Source: Jimgerdemannia flammicorona | Taxonomy: Eukaryota | Direction: 5' to 3' | DNA length: 45,365 bases | NCBI GenBank assembly: GCA_003990765.1 | Contig: RBNJ01000062.1 | Location: 1-45,365, forward strand | Shown here: piece by piece, positions 11,863 to 23,908 of the stretch | Layout of the letters: each line of letters begins with the position of its first letter | Numbering within the stretch: the stretch's first letter is position 1 | Notes under the pieces: model-generated | Database searches by the model: none | Told to the model about the DNA's origin: nothing | Seen by the model: only the letters and a program-made list of their open reading frames with translations | Position numbers and translations under genes: made by a program

Positions 11863-12369
11863 TCAGTCATCATCCCAATAGGCATAAGCTGCTTCTGCAT
11901 CTATGTCCATTCTATCATCTTCATTATCTGTACCAGGGTCACTCCATTCTGGCTCTGGATCCTCTTCTTGTTCTTCAGGAAACAGAGTGTCCACTTGTTA
12001 AAGAATACTCTGAAAGGTGGTCTCATTTATCTGATGGATATCATTGAGATAGAAGTGAGCCTGTACCAAGGCTCTAACATTTTGATTGTACAGAGTGTAG
12101 ATTCATTTGGCAGTTCTTGCTTCTCTGAGAGTAATTCCAGCTGGGCTCCTGATGTAAGGTTGTTCAGTCAATAGCTGTCCAATGTTGTAGAAGGCTTGTA
12201 GATGGTGGATCTGAAGTAACCTCTGGGCAATGGCAAGGTTCTCTTGATGCTTCTGGATCAATTGTATAGGAGTTCCTTCAAGTTGGCAAAACTGGGATAG
12301 GGGAATTGGCAGAGCTTGGAAAGAGCTGAGAATGAGGGTCTGGAGGCATTGATCTATTCTCTGAGTCAT
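11863..12369 (-). pseudogene. Gypsy accessory ORF downstream of integrase in A
   Basis: MTQRIDQCLQ...LQAFYNIGQLL...RTAK*IYTLY...acidic tail EEQEEDPEPEWSDPGTDNEDD. Its ATG overlaps the apparent pol stop (ATGA, 12369-12366). Confidence 0.7.
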
Positions 12370-15300
12370 GGTTTGTACAGGTATATCTTGAGGCAATTGA
12401 TGTAGACTGGAGTTCAAGACACATCTATCCATGCTTCTTATATAAATGCTAGTTCCTCTGATATTGTGTACAAGATATGGTCCTTCCCATTTCAGTTCCA
12501 GTTTGGCAGCAAAATTTGTTTCTATCATGCTTCTCCAAACTAGGACTTGATTGCCTATCTTGATCTTCAGATCCTTCTGTTTCTGGTCATAATACTTCTT
12601 TTGTCTTTCTTGGGCCTTGATAATCTGATTTCAGGCTTCATTTCTCAGCTAATCTCCTTTTTCAAGAAGTTTTCCGAGATTCTCATGATCAGCAGTTCTG
12701 GTTTTCTTAGCAAACATAATTTTGTATTTGGTTGAGGCTGCAGGGGTATTTCGGATTTCCCCCAGGATTTCGGGTAAGCAGAGGTTCCAATTGGTAGGAT
12801 TGACCTTGGCTAATCCTTTCTTGATGATCTGGTTCATTCTTTCAGTCATTCCATTGGTTTGTGGATGATAGGAGGTAGTTCCTTTCAGGTGGATCCCATG
12901 AATTCAGGCATAACTTGAGATTATGTTATTCACGAACTCAGTTCCTTGGTCAGAGATAAGTTCTTCAGGGGGTCCAAATCAGTGGATAAGTTCATGGAGG
13001 TATCCAACAATGGTCAGGGCATCTGCAATCTCTATGGGGTATGCTTCGGGCCATTTGGTCAAGTATTCAACAAACACCAGGATGTACTTGTTCTGTCTTG
13101 GTGTTACTGGTAGGAGTCCTATCACATCTACTCCCCATCTTTGAAAGATGTGAGTGGGTGGGGGAATCGGTTGTAGAGGGGCTTGATAGTTCTTCTTTCC
13201 TTGATACTTCTGGCAGGTGTCACATTTCTGGATAGTGTCTCGGACTTGTGTTCTGAGGTGGGGCCAATGCTGATATTGTTTTTGAATTTTGTCTTCTGTA
13301 CTTGCCTGTCCTTGGTGAGCTTTCTGGTATTCTTTTCAGATGAGATCTTCTTATTCCTTGATGGTCACAGAGACTTCCTTTAGGGTACAGTTCCAGGGGG
13401 CACCCTTTCTTTGGTTCATTAGGGCATGTGGAAAAGAACATCAACATTGTTGTGAGTTCTTCCTGCTTTGTGGATGATGTCGATTTAATAATCTTGCAGA
13501 ATGAGGATCCATCTGGCAAGAATTCTGATAGGGTCTTTTCGGTGCAGTAGCCATTTGAGGGCTGCATGGTCAGTGATCAGAGTGAACTTCTTTCTGATAA
13601 GATAATGTTTAAACAAGGTGACTGCCCATATGACTGTAAGGTATTCCAATTTGGTGCTCCCATAATTGGCCTGTTGCTTGTTAGTGGCTCTGCTTGCATA
13701 AGCTATCACATGGTGCTGTTTATCAGGTCCTTCTTGTGCTAGGATTGCTCTGAGACCATTCTTGAATGCATTAGTATACAGAATGAAGGATTTCTATAGG
13801 TCTGGTCAGACTAGGATTTGTGCTGAGGTCAGGCATTGTTGCAGTTTTTGGAAGGCTTCTTTTTGTGGTTCTTTCTATTAGAATAGTACTCCTTACTTTA
13901 GCAGGGTTCAAATTGGGGTGGAGATTTCAGTAAATCTCTTGATAAATCTTCTATAGTATGATGCAAGCATCAAGAAGGATAGGGCTTCTTTCAGAGTCTT
14001 TGGGACAGGAAAATTGTTGACTTTTTCTATCTTCTTGGAGTCTGTATGTATTCCTTCTTTAGAGACCATGAATCCAAGGAATTCGAGTTTCTGCTTCCCA
14101 AAGTAACACTTCTTGGAGTTGAGTCTCAGGTGGTTTTGCTGGGTGAGTTTAAAAAACTCCTCAAGGTCATGCAGGTGGTCTTCAAAATTTGCTGAGTAAA
14201 TGTTGGAATCATCTACATAGATGATTAGGCAGTGGTGAATAAGAGGGGCATATACTGAGTTCATCATTTGCTGGAAGGTTGGGGGTGCATTATAGAGTCC
14301 AAAGGGCATTCGAAGATATTCAAACAATTTTCCTAGGGCAAGGAAAGCTGTCTTTTGAATGTCCTTGGGATCCATAAGTATCTCATAGAATCCTGCAAAT
14401 AAATTCATGCTGCTGAAGTATCTTGCATTTTGTAGTTGGTCCAGTAGGTCATCAATTTGGGGCAAGGGGTAGACATCTTTTTCAGTTACTGAGTTGAGTT
14501 TTCTAAAGTCTACAATAAGTCTCTATCCTCCTTTCTTTGGCACAATAAGTATAGGGCTAGCCCAGGAGTTGGTAGAAGGTCAGATGACTCCATTGTCTAA
14601 AAGTTCCTGAATATGTTCTTTTTTGAATGTTTTTAGATGATGGGGTATTCTGTAGGGTTTCTGTTGGATGGGTACTGCATTTCCTGTATTTATACTGTGG
14701 TGGTATGACGGGTTGTATGGTAGGTTGCCATAGTCTATAGTGAAGATGTCCTGATATTTATGCAGAAGTTCAGTCAATTGATGTTGTTGCTGAGGTGTCA
14801 ATTCTTCTCCAATGTTTGTGGAAGGCTTCACTTTCTCCTGGGTCGCAGAGGGGCCTTTTCTTTCTTCTGTGACCTTTTGCTGTTTCCCTGTAAGTTTAGT
14901 TCATAAACTTCTCTATATGTTCGGTTGAGATAAGGTACCAGATGTCCAATGACAGTTCCCTTTGGCAGGATGATGTTGTCCTAGCCCATATTGGTTGCTT
15001 GGAAGTGTACTGGGTTCATCTTGTCTGGAAATGTATATCCTTCTATGTACAGATGTTGGATTTCTTCACTTGGTTCAAAGAAGATGTTTCTGGGATCGGG
15101 TGGTGCAAAGATTTCGATAGTAGCCTGTTCTCCAGGTTCTAGGATGAGGTTCTTGTGAAGCTTCACTGGTTGGCGGAGTACTTGCTGTGGGACATTTGTC
15201 TTAAATTGATTGACTTGGAGGAGATGTACTTCTTTTCTATCTGAGCTCCCAAATCCTTTGGTCTGTCTGGTGCCTTGAGTGAGTTCTGGTACTTCTTGTA

Positions 15301-18300
15301 GCTAAGGGGTCTTGTATTTGAGGAAGACCGCCTGTGTAATTTTGTCTTTCTTGTAGATTTGAATCCATTCACTGCTTCCATTCTTCAGGATGATCTTGAT
15401 TTCACCTATGTATCCTGGGTCAATTGTTCCTCCTTCAGTGGTGACTCCTTGCAGGGCTAAGCCAGATCTTGAGATCAACTGAATGTATGTTCCTCTTGGT
15501 GGTTGTATGGCTAAACCAGTTCTGATGAGTGTTGTCTTGTTAGGTCCTATGGTTGTGTTATATAGGCTGCAAAGGTCATAACCAACATCTTCTTGGTGAG
15601 CCTTTTTGAGTGGAATTGCCTTGGGATGTAGCAGGGTGAATTATACAAGATCCTTGCCAGGTGAAGGCTGTCCTTGAGCTGAGGCTCCTGTGACATTAGT
15701 TCTCTATCCTCTGATGTTTAGGTGTGGCCATCTTACTCCAGTGGAGGGATCTCGAAGATAATTGATTCCTCTTTTTCTGGTAGGGTCTAGTGCTTCCATA
15801 AAGTTGATTGCATCTTCTATCCATCCCTGTCAAGTTGCATAGTGAATAAGAGCTAGGATATCTTCTCCTAGGTCATATATCTTGAGGACCTTTTTCACAG
15901 GCTTCTTCTTTCTTTTTTTGTTTCTGATTCTTGCTCGGTTATCTCCTCTTTTGAGTGTATGTACAATCACATTCTTGCTAAGATGGATTTTTTCGTGGTC
16001 ACAGGTCCAGCATCTAGGATATTGTCCATGATAACAGTATCTCATAGCTTGGAAGTATTCTTTCTTTTTTCAATTTCATTCAGCTTGGGGAATCAGCATC
16101 TATTTGCATTGTACTTGGGGTAGAGAGGGGCTTTACTTCTGTTTGGGTGAAGTATCCTACTCCAACTTGTCTTCTTTGAAGTATAGTGACAGACTCTTGG
16201 AATGAGGTTCCTTCTGCAATGATTTTCAGGGATTCTGGTACAATACACTGCCTTGCTTGCTGGTCCAATATGTGGCATTGGTAACAGTAGTCTTTTGGTG
16301 AATGGAAAACGACTTGGTGAGGGCATCTACCTAATTGGAAGGCTCTTTCTTGGTGAGTTTCGGGCCTTGAGACCACTAGTTGAGTACTGGGTCCAGCTTC
16401 TTCATTCCAGGGGGTGTTATCATTTTCTCCTTCTTGTGGTACCCAATTTGGATCATCCCAGGCAACAATTGCAGGGAGGTCTTCATTTTCGGAAATGCCA
16501 TCATCTTCTTCCTCTGATGGTTGCTCCCAAATTGCTTGAACTTCTGCTACTTCAATTTCAGGATTCTTTGGCTGGGTGTCATGGAGGTACTTCTTCTTCT
16601 TTCTTCTGCAGTCAGAACAGGTTGTGCCAGGGTTTTTTCGAGTTCCAATATATCTGGATGAGTGTTCCTCGCATTTTTGTCTTTGGAGGCATTTGGTACA
16701 TCCTCTGGCTTTACCAGCAATGGCTCCAATTGTGATGGGGATTGTATCTTGAGCCCAAACATTATCTTCTGGTCTGTCTTATACTATGTTGATTTGGGGC
16801 CATAGTCTGGGGTCATTGTTATCTTCAGAATCCTTTTCTTCTTCTTCTGTTGTGGATTCTTCACTACTGGTATATTCTTCTTGAATGGTGACCTTTTTCT
16901 TCTTTTTTGTTGGCTCAAAGCTAGTGACTTTAACTCTGTACTTCTTTCCTCTGTAGTTAAATTTGAGGGCTTGTTGTCTAATGTTGACATCTGCATTCAT
17001 CTCTTTCATCCAGTTGGTGCCAAGGATCATATCATAGGTGACAGCTTCAGTTACAACTGCCTTGGAGATAGCAAACTGGATGTGTCTAAGAGTGATGGTA
17101 ATATTTTGGACTTCTCCCAAGGGCTGAGTTTGGACTCCATCTGCTACTATGATGGTGAGACTAGAGGGTCCATCAATGGGTCATTGAATGCTGTCTAAGA
17201 ATTTCTTGACAATGATATATATAGCTGCTCCTGTATCAATGAGAATTTTCGCCTTCTGGCCTCCAATTTCTCCAAACAGGTAGGTACTGACATACCTTTC
17301 TGCAGCTTTTATTGCTGAGGGTGCTGGTTCTTCTTGAGGGATGGGAACTCTTCCTGTATGAGATCTGGTGGTTTGTAGCAATTTGTTTCTGACTCCAGCA
17401 GATGTGAGCTGAAGGAATTGCAGGAGTGGTACTTCCATCTTGGCTTCTTGGATCTTTTGCCAAGCTTCATTATAGATGTCCTGGGGTATAGTCTTTGGGA
17501 TGTATTTCTTTTTGGGCTTTGGAATCTTTGTTTCCACTTCTGGTTCTTCTTCCATTTCTTCATCAGCAGATTCTGGTATGGGGTCTTCTTCATTGTTGAT
17601 GTCTTCTGGAACAAAAGGTGAAGGGGACTGGGGAGGTGTGTCAACCTGTTCTTCTCCATCTTCTTCATTTTGAATGATCCTTTTGCTTATTCTTTTGGGT
17701 GGCCTTCCTACTGGTTGGATTCGGTCTTCTGCTCTCTTCCTTTTTTCTGCTGGGTAGACTGTTTTTCTGTATTCAGCCTTGGTTGGGTACAGGTCTAGGT
17801 CACTGTATTCCTCACTGTCACTCTGCTCATAGTCTTCGACTGGGTGAGCTTCTGTTCTTTTGTTGTGGGTGTCCTTTCGATTTGATAGTTTGGAATTTCT
17901 TGGGCTATCTTGGCATTCAGAAGCATAGTGGCCTTGCTGTCCACACTTGTAGCATTGGACTTGTGTCCTATCTCTTAGAGGATAGTTTCAATTTTCGGAG
18001 GGTGGGTAGCTTCTCTGGTAACCCTGGTTTTGTGGGGGATATCTTGGCTGATAATTCCGATTTTCACGTGGATAGCTTGGCTGAAAATTCCGATTTTTGC
18101 ATGTGGTGAGTTTTTCGATTTGCCCAACCAGTCTGTCTACTTTTGAGTTGAGGTCCTGGATCTCATTCTTCTCTTTCTTCCATTCCTTGGTGAGTTTCTC
18201 TCCTCTTGGTTCTCCTTGAAGAATTCCTTGTAAGGCTTTGACCAGGAGGTCTTCCTTATCTTCTTTCTTGTTGTCTGTCCAAGTGGTTCCTTGCTTAACA

Positions 18301-19280
18301 TTAAAATATCCTTGGGCAGCATCAACTTGCTCCTCAGGCTTCCTGATGCCCAAGGTTCGGACATGTTGAGCAATATTGGGTGGAATTCCATTCATGAATG
18401 TCATTGGGCCAATAATGTCTTGATTGGCCACATTGAATCCAGCAGCATGCATTCTTTTCTGGATTCTGGTAAAGAATGCTCAGGGAGATTCTCCAAGATT
18501 CATCTTCATTCTCATGATAGATTCTTGGGCCTTGTGGCAAGTTTCATTTCCAGCATACTTTTCAATGTTGCATGGCTTCATACTGTTTATCATCAGTATT
18601 TGCATTTGCTATGACATCTCCTAGATCTGTGTCAACATCACTTGCTGCTCTGATGAAGATGCCTTTAGCTGGTTCTCTTAGTTGTGCTCTAAAGACATTA
18701 ATTCACCTTTGGGTTGTCAAGTTTCTCAGGGCTCCTATCCCTTTGATTGCATCTATGAATTCTCTTGGATCTTCTTCTGGGTACCCTGCAAATGTGGGTA
18801 GTGGAACAGCCATTTCGTCTTCACTGCTTTCTGATTCTGTGTATGATCCTGAGCTGTTGACTGTTGAGAGATAGCTGTCTGAGAGAACTGTAGATAGTGC
18901 TCTTCTCTATACTATTCTGGGGAGCCTTGTAGGTTGGACTCTTGAGATTGGAGTAGCTGGTCTTGACCATCTTGGTAAATCAGAGAAGACTCTTGGTGGA
19001 AATATTTCAAGATGATGATTGAGGTCTCTGATGAGGTCATCGAAATCTTGGTTGGCTGTTTCATCAGGTGTATTCACAAACTGTGGGCTAGGAGTTCGGA
19101 CTATTGGTGGTAGATTTCATGCAGTACTGACTTCTGCAGATTCTGGTCCTTCTGATGCTGAGTGATATCTGATTCTAGAGGAAACTATGTCTCTTCCTGT
19201 CCAAACACTCTGTAATACTGGTATTTCTTCTTCTGTTATGGCTGAGATTGATACTGTGTCAAAGGTTGTAGGTATGCTAG
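12366..19280 (-). pseudogene. Gag-Pol polyprotein of A
   Basis: CYKCGQQGHYASEC knuckle (about 17940); LIDTGA protease (about 17230); RT YPLPQIDDLL, MPFGLYNAPPTFQ, YVDD; RNase H IAYASR, LITDHAALKWL; IN CDTC, ISDQGTEF, YHPQTNGMTERMN; WEGPY. Many stops. Start approximate. Confidence 0.95.
15240..15645 (-). pseudogene. dUTPase domain in Pol of A, between protease and RT
   Basis: LLHPKAIPLKKAHQEDVGYDL...RTGLAIQPPRGTYIQLISRSGLALQGVTTEGGTIDPGYIGEIKIIL...KDKITQAVF...RQTKGFGSSD. All five trimeric dUTPase motifs are recognisable. Confidence 0.9.
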
Positions 19281-19341
19281 TATCCAGGTTGAATGTTGGG
19301 TTCTTGTGAGCTGAAAAGTCACACTAATTCTTTGAGAATAT

Positions 19342-19358
19342 TCTCAGTTGAGCCCCCA
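19342..19358 (-). other. Primer-binding site of A, tRNA-Pro-like
   Basis: Minus strand TGGGGGCTCAACTGAGA, 2 nt after the LTR. Resembles the tRNA-Pro PBS TGGGGGCTCGTCCGGGA, with mostly transition differences. Confidence 0.7.
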
Positions 19359-19360
19359 GA

Positions 19361-20560
19361 TGTAATGTACCTGGCTCAATAGAGGTAAATTACAAGGTTG
19401 GGGGTTGATGTAGTTTGGCTTAAGCCCCCAGTTACTTCATTAAAAAGTAACAAAATGTTCAAGTATTGTATAGGTATCTAGTGGCATAATATTCAAGCTA
19501 GAGAATTCTGCATTCGATTTTCTAATTTGGTGGCATTCTTGGGCTGACAGTAATTTGTATGTTGATCCTTTGTGAGCAAGCAGATTTCCTTCTTTGAGCA
19601 GTGAACTAATTTCATACTACCCAGCAATTTTGAGTAATCAGGCAGATTTCCTTAAAAGTGCAGACTCTCTAGGGATGGTGATCAGTTTCCTTGCAGGTTG
19701 CTGGCATGACAGTGATCTTTGTCAATCAGATTCCTTTTCTGGCAATTGCTCGGTATGGTTTGAGCAGTGCATTTCAAGCAGTGCGATTTGGTTTACTTGA
19801 ATGATGCAATTTAAATGGATGATGCAGTCTTTGGACAATGAATGAGGCAGATCAGCAGAATGTAGTGGATCGGCAGACAAAAACATGGCAGACTTCTTGA
19901 AAAATGGCAGCTGGCAAGTTGTGTCAAAGACTGGCTTCATTTGCATGAATAATTCACTGTGAAGTTGCATCAAGGACTGGCTTTTGAGAGTGGTGGGCTT
20001 AAACTGGTAGATTACTCGAAAAATGGCAGCTTATTCCTTAAGTGGTAGAAAACAGCAGACTTCTTTGTATCGGAAAGTGGACCAGAGTGGAAATGAACAA
20101 AGCTCACAATCTCCTAGTAGTGGCTCTAGAGCAGATGTTTCTCCTAAGTGTTGCAATCCAATTCCTTTAGGATTAAGTGACTTTTGGCAGGTGTATTTCT
20201 TGAAGTGTAATAAGAAGACTTATCTTTTGCTTTTGAACTTTTGGAACTGAGATTTATTCACTCTTGTCTCTGGGGTATTTTATACAAGTTGGTTGCTATC
20301 TGATTACTATCTGGCTAACTATAGAATGCTATTTATGGGGTGACATTCACTGTCAGGGTAGCAGCTACTGTCAAGGTGACAGCCACTATTAGGGTGACAG
20401 CTATGTACTGTCAGAGTGATAGCCACTGTTAGGGATTTTCCTTTCTTTAGCTATCTGGGTTATTTATACATTTTCCACAGCAATGGTTGCTGGTTACTAT
20501 GCTAATGTTCGTGTTGCCTGGTCAGGTTTCGAGATTGCTACATTTTTGCAGCTTGTTATA
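19361..20560 (-). repeat. 5' LTR of A
   Basis: TGTAAT...GTTATA, a direct repeat of 10629-11823. Confidence 0.95.
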
Positions 20561-21382
20561 CTATATATGAATAATAAATAAAATTCTGCCTACTGAATTC
20601 TATTTATTGAATGTGAGATTAAATTGGTGAGCTCTTTATATATATATATAATTAAGCTTGTAATGATCATAGTATTGCTCTTATTTATTTATTTTACCTA
20701 AAGTATTTAATAAAGATTTTCATACTCCTTCTTATAGATCTCTAGGACATCTTTATAAATAGTGTCAGCACTTGGCAGATATATATAAATTATGCTTGAG
20801 AAGAGCAAAGAAGCTATGTAACTGGTCACTCTCAATGATTGTGAATGGTTGGTCTACATACACAATTAAGTAAATAAGTCAATTTTAAAATTCTGCTAAA
20901 AAATATGACTAAATATTTTTAATTAAATAGAATAGTCAATATGGAATTGGTTGGACAATCAGATAAATATACCCACTATAGCTTGGATATCAATTTTATT
21001 TATTTTTATGTTCTTTTTGATTTTATCAGAGTGTTTATCTTTTATATGTTGATATATATTTAAAGTTGACCCATTAAGCATTTTGAACTACTGACTGTGT
21101 AGAATACAAGAGTTGGTAGAAATAAGATCATATGTATGTCAAACAAAAGTATCAGTTATATTATAAATGTACCTTCTTTTTTTAATTTTTTACCTACAAT
21201 AATTACAAATAATATCATCTCCAGTCTTAGTACAATGTTGCTAAATTTGGAGTGAGGATTATATAGAAAGTGTAGAACTATTGAGAATGTTTGACTTGAA
21301 GCATCATCAGTACTATAAACTATTGAAGACTGTTCTGTTGATATATATATTTATATATATATATATATATATTTGTATATAT

Positions 21383-21829
21383 TATAATAGTCAATCTAAA
21401 TCAGTAATTTGAATTAGAAAATTAGACATTTGATCATGGTACCTGAATTCAATTCCCAAAATAGCTTAGCCTTACAAATAGCAGTCATATTTCACTACTG
21501 ACAAAAATTTTACTATTGGCAAAGTTTTGGGAGATAGCAAAATCTTTGCAAATGGTAAAAGATTCAATACTGATAAAAAATAACTCATTACTTAGCCACC
21601 TTATAGCTAGAAAACTTATATAAATGACCCAGTATCTTAGAGTGAATAAACCTCAGATTAAAATAGTTCAAAGCAAAGAGAAAGTAAAGGAACTAGTAAG
21701 TCTGTAGGTAGATATACTTTGAACTTACTCACTCCTGCATCCTAAGGACTCTGTGGAGTCAAAGAAGATCAAGTTTTTAAGATATAGAAATCTGACATAC
21801 TTCCAAGGTTAAGCATCTGCTATGTTACA
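21383..21829 (+). repeat. 5' LTR of C
   Basis: TATAAT (eroded TGTAAT)...GTTACA, matches 29325-29772. Confidence 0.9.
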
Positions 21830-21949
21830 ACTTGGTGCCCATTGGCTGATGACTTAAGACAAATCTCTCACTTTCAAGCAGAACAACAAACAACTACTAC
21901 TACTTGAACAATCATATAAACCAAGTTAAGATATCTAGACAAGATAGAT

Positions 21950-23533
21950 ATGAGACTACTAGTATTCTATGAATATACCTCAGATGAATTAATCATCATC
22001 TTTATTGATGATTTTGAGCAGTATACTGCCATAAGAACCCTGACAGCAGCACAGCAAGTAGCTCTCATGCTCTTCAGCCTATGAGGTCCTGCCAGAGCAG
22101 TATTTACAGCTACAACCCATATAGGAAATGATGCTGATACCATACTGATAGCACAGAAGACCTGGTTTCAAAACATTTATTATATAGATGAGATCAAGCA
22201 AGCTCTGAAGGATCCACTGAATACAATATGCCAGGAATAATTGAGAATCTAAACACATTCTACACCAGAATCCAATATCAGATAATTCTTACAGATTATG
22301 CTGATGCTATCTGAGATCAAGTAGCTGAAGCAACCTTCATGAAAAGAGTCTACTCAGAGATAGCTATAGTCATTCGGTCATCACCAGTAGTTCCGAATCT
22401 GCCACAGAAGGTCACCTATGCTCAGTGATATTGGATAGCCAGATATCCACAAGACTATATAATAGAAAGAGTCACTAGAGTTAGAATTGAAGCACCCAAG
22501 GCAACCAGTGTGATCCTAACTACAATGATCAATTGAAACACACCTCAGCCAAGAGCTATAGAGCAGCAGAGAAACAGTGACCCCATGTGGCCACCAGGAA
22601 GACCTAAGAAGAATCTGATAGAAAAACAAACAGAGATAGCCATAGAAAGCCAAGCTGAAGAAATGGATCAAGATATGGAGCAGTTCAGAACATCATCTGA
22701 GAAACTACTCCAATCAGTAAAGGAGAAAAGGAGAAGAAGCTCTGCAAGACCAAGACCTTCAAGTATGATATCTTTAAAGACCTCAGCCAACAAAAGATCA
22801 ATGCAACCTTTGGTCAGCTTGCAGAAATTCCCACCTTCAGACAGCAAATGAGATTTGGACTGATAGAAACAACCAAAGAGCAAGGTTGGAAGATAACAGA
22901 GGCCAACAATGTTCAAGAAGACTCTGGAGAAGAAAGTGAAGATAACTGCAAGACTTCTGCCTATACAATCTGCCAAATTGAAGACAGAATCTTTGAGGCC
23001 ATCATCAATACTAGAGCAAGAGGATGTCTTCTCAGCAAAAAGGCAGCAGACTGCCTAGGTTGAGAAGTTGAAGAAGCAACCAAGTTGGTATTCATCACAG
23101 CTGATGGCACAAGAGCCACATCTCTGGGAAAAATTCAAGATGTTCCCATCAAGTTTGGAGGAGCAATCATTCTAGTAGATGTAATTGTAACCAATGGGAC
23201 CAACTATAATATCCTCATTGACAATCAATGGCTTCACAAAGCCAGAGTAATAATTGACCTCAATGCACAAAAGATGCAGATCATTTACTGAGGACAGAAG
23301 ATACAAATTCCCATCAATGTCAACAAAGGAGTTCTGCTCAACATAGAGGAAGAAGAGAGCAAACAAGAGAAAGCTTCATGATCACAAAAACTGGAGCCTA
23401 AGTGGGAAGAACCTTATCTTATGTAAGATATAAAAGGAACCACCTTTTGGCTATTAAAACTTTCAAGCATAATTATTCCTACTACCATCTATTGAAACTG
23501 ACTCAAGAAGTACTATGAATAACCAATAAAGTA
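21950..23533 (+). pseudogene. Gag, aspartic protease and integrase C-terminal (GPY) remnant of C
   Basis: AIINTRARGCLLS (eroded DTGA), FITADG...SLGKIQDVPI, YNILIDNQWL, then immediately SQKLEPKWEEPY (GPY module). No RT, RNase H or integrase core in between. Confidence 0.8.
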
Positions 23534-23668
23534 ATGCAACTGTCTTCAGGATCACAAGTGCTGCCCAATAAGCCATAAAAAGACACTGGTGTTCTACTGA
23601 GCCACCCAAAATGGAGAAATCCTTTGACAGCATCCAGAGTATAGTCCAGACCCACTTGTCATGGATTT

Positions 23669-23834
23669 TGTTGAGATTTCTAGCTAATCAACTCGGTATG
23701 TAGCTCACGTGAAGGTGGCGCAGCTCATGTGTGAGGACATCATCAGTGGAAACGTCATCAATGCGTAAATACGCGCTTCGCGCATATCAATAAAGATTGC
23801 TCCTTTATCCCTCAAATTCCAGTATTTCACAATA
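23669..23834 (+). repeat. 5' LTR of B
   Basis: TGTTGAG...CACAATA, matches 28805-28970. Confidence 0.97.
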
Positions 23835-23846
23835 AGTTATGAGCCC
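23835..23846 (+). other. Copia-type PBS (internal / half tRNA-iMet type)
   Basis: AGTTATGAGCCC directly after the LTR, matching the GGTTATG(G/A)GCCC PBS of copia-like elements. Confidence 0.75.
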
Positions 23847-23908
23847 CGGTTAGTGGCTAACCAAAACACCTCTTTAATATATGCTACACTACTCTACATG
23901 CAAAAGAG

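Larger units (their letters stand above)
10629..20560 (-). mobile_element. Ty3/Gypsy LTR retrotransposon A (full length, degraded)
   Basis: Two LTRs of about 1.2 kb, 4-bp TSD CTAT (10625-10628, 20561-20564), PBS, PPT-like tract, and order gag-PR-dUTPase-RT-RH-IN. Confidence 0.95.
8790..21344 (-). pseudogene. hAT (BED-finger / Ac-like) transposase, intron-containing, split by Gypsy A
   Basis: Minus-strand motifs: NGSTLNIYQHIKDKH (BED-like, about 21050); DQPFTIIES...LPSADTI (about 20800); GRILFIIHI*IPLNVILFLSITDYWIDLNWQL...AGLHSGENI (in frame across the A insertion); DNTTIN; LILDIYIYWNPIFTMIQ (eroded DVxTRWNST); TVLDSCLKL (LDPRLK); VLN**K (LDWWK); NYLAIPTINTPVK*IFSS...ICLKAWW (dimerisation domain, about 8800-8960). 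Confidence 0.9.

Noticed and set aside
11863-12369. Accessory ORF as an env gene
   Set aside because: Right position, but short, with no signal peptide, transmembrane segment or furin/fusion motif visible in any of the four homologues.
16253-18874. Plus-strand ORFs over element A, and similar antisense ORFs over B and E
   Set aside because: Antisense shadows of the gag-pol frames with no independent motifs.
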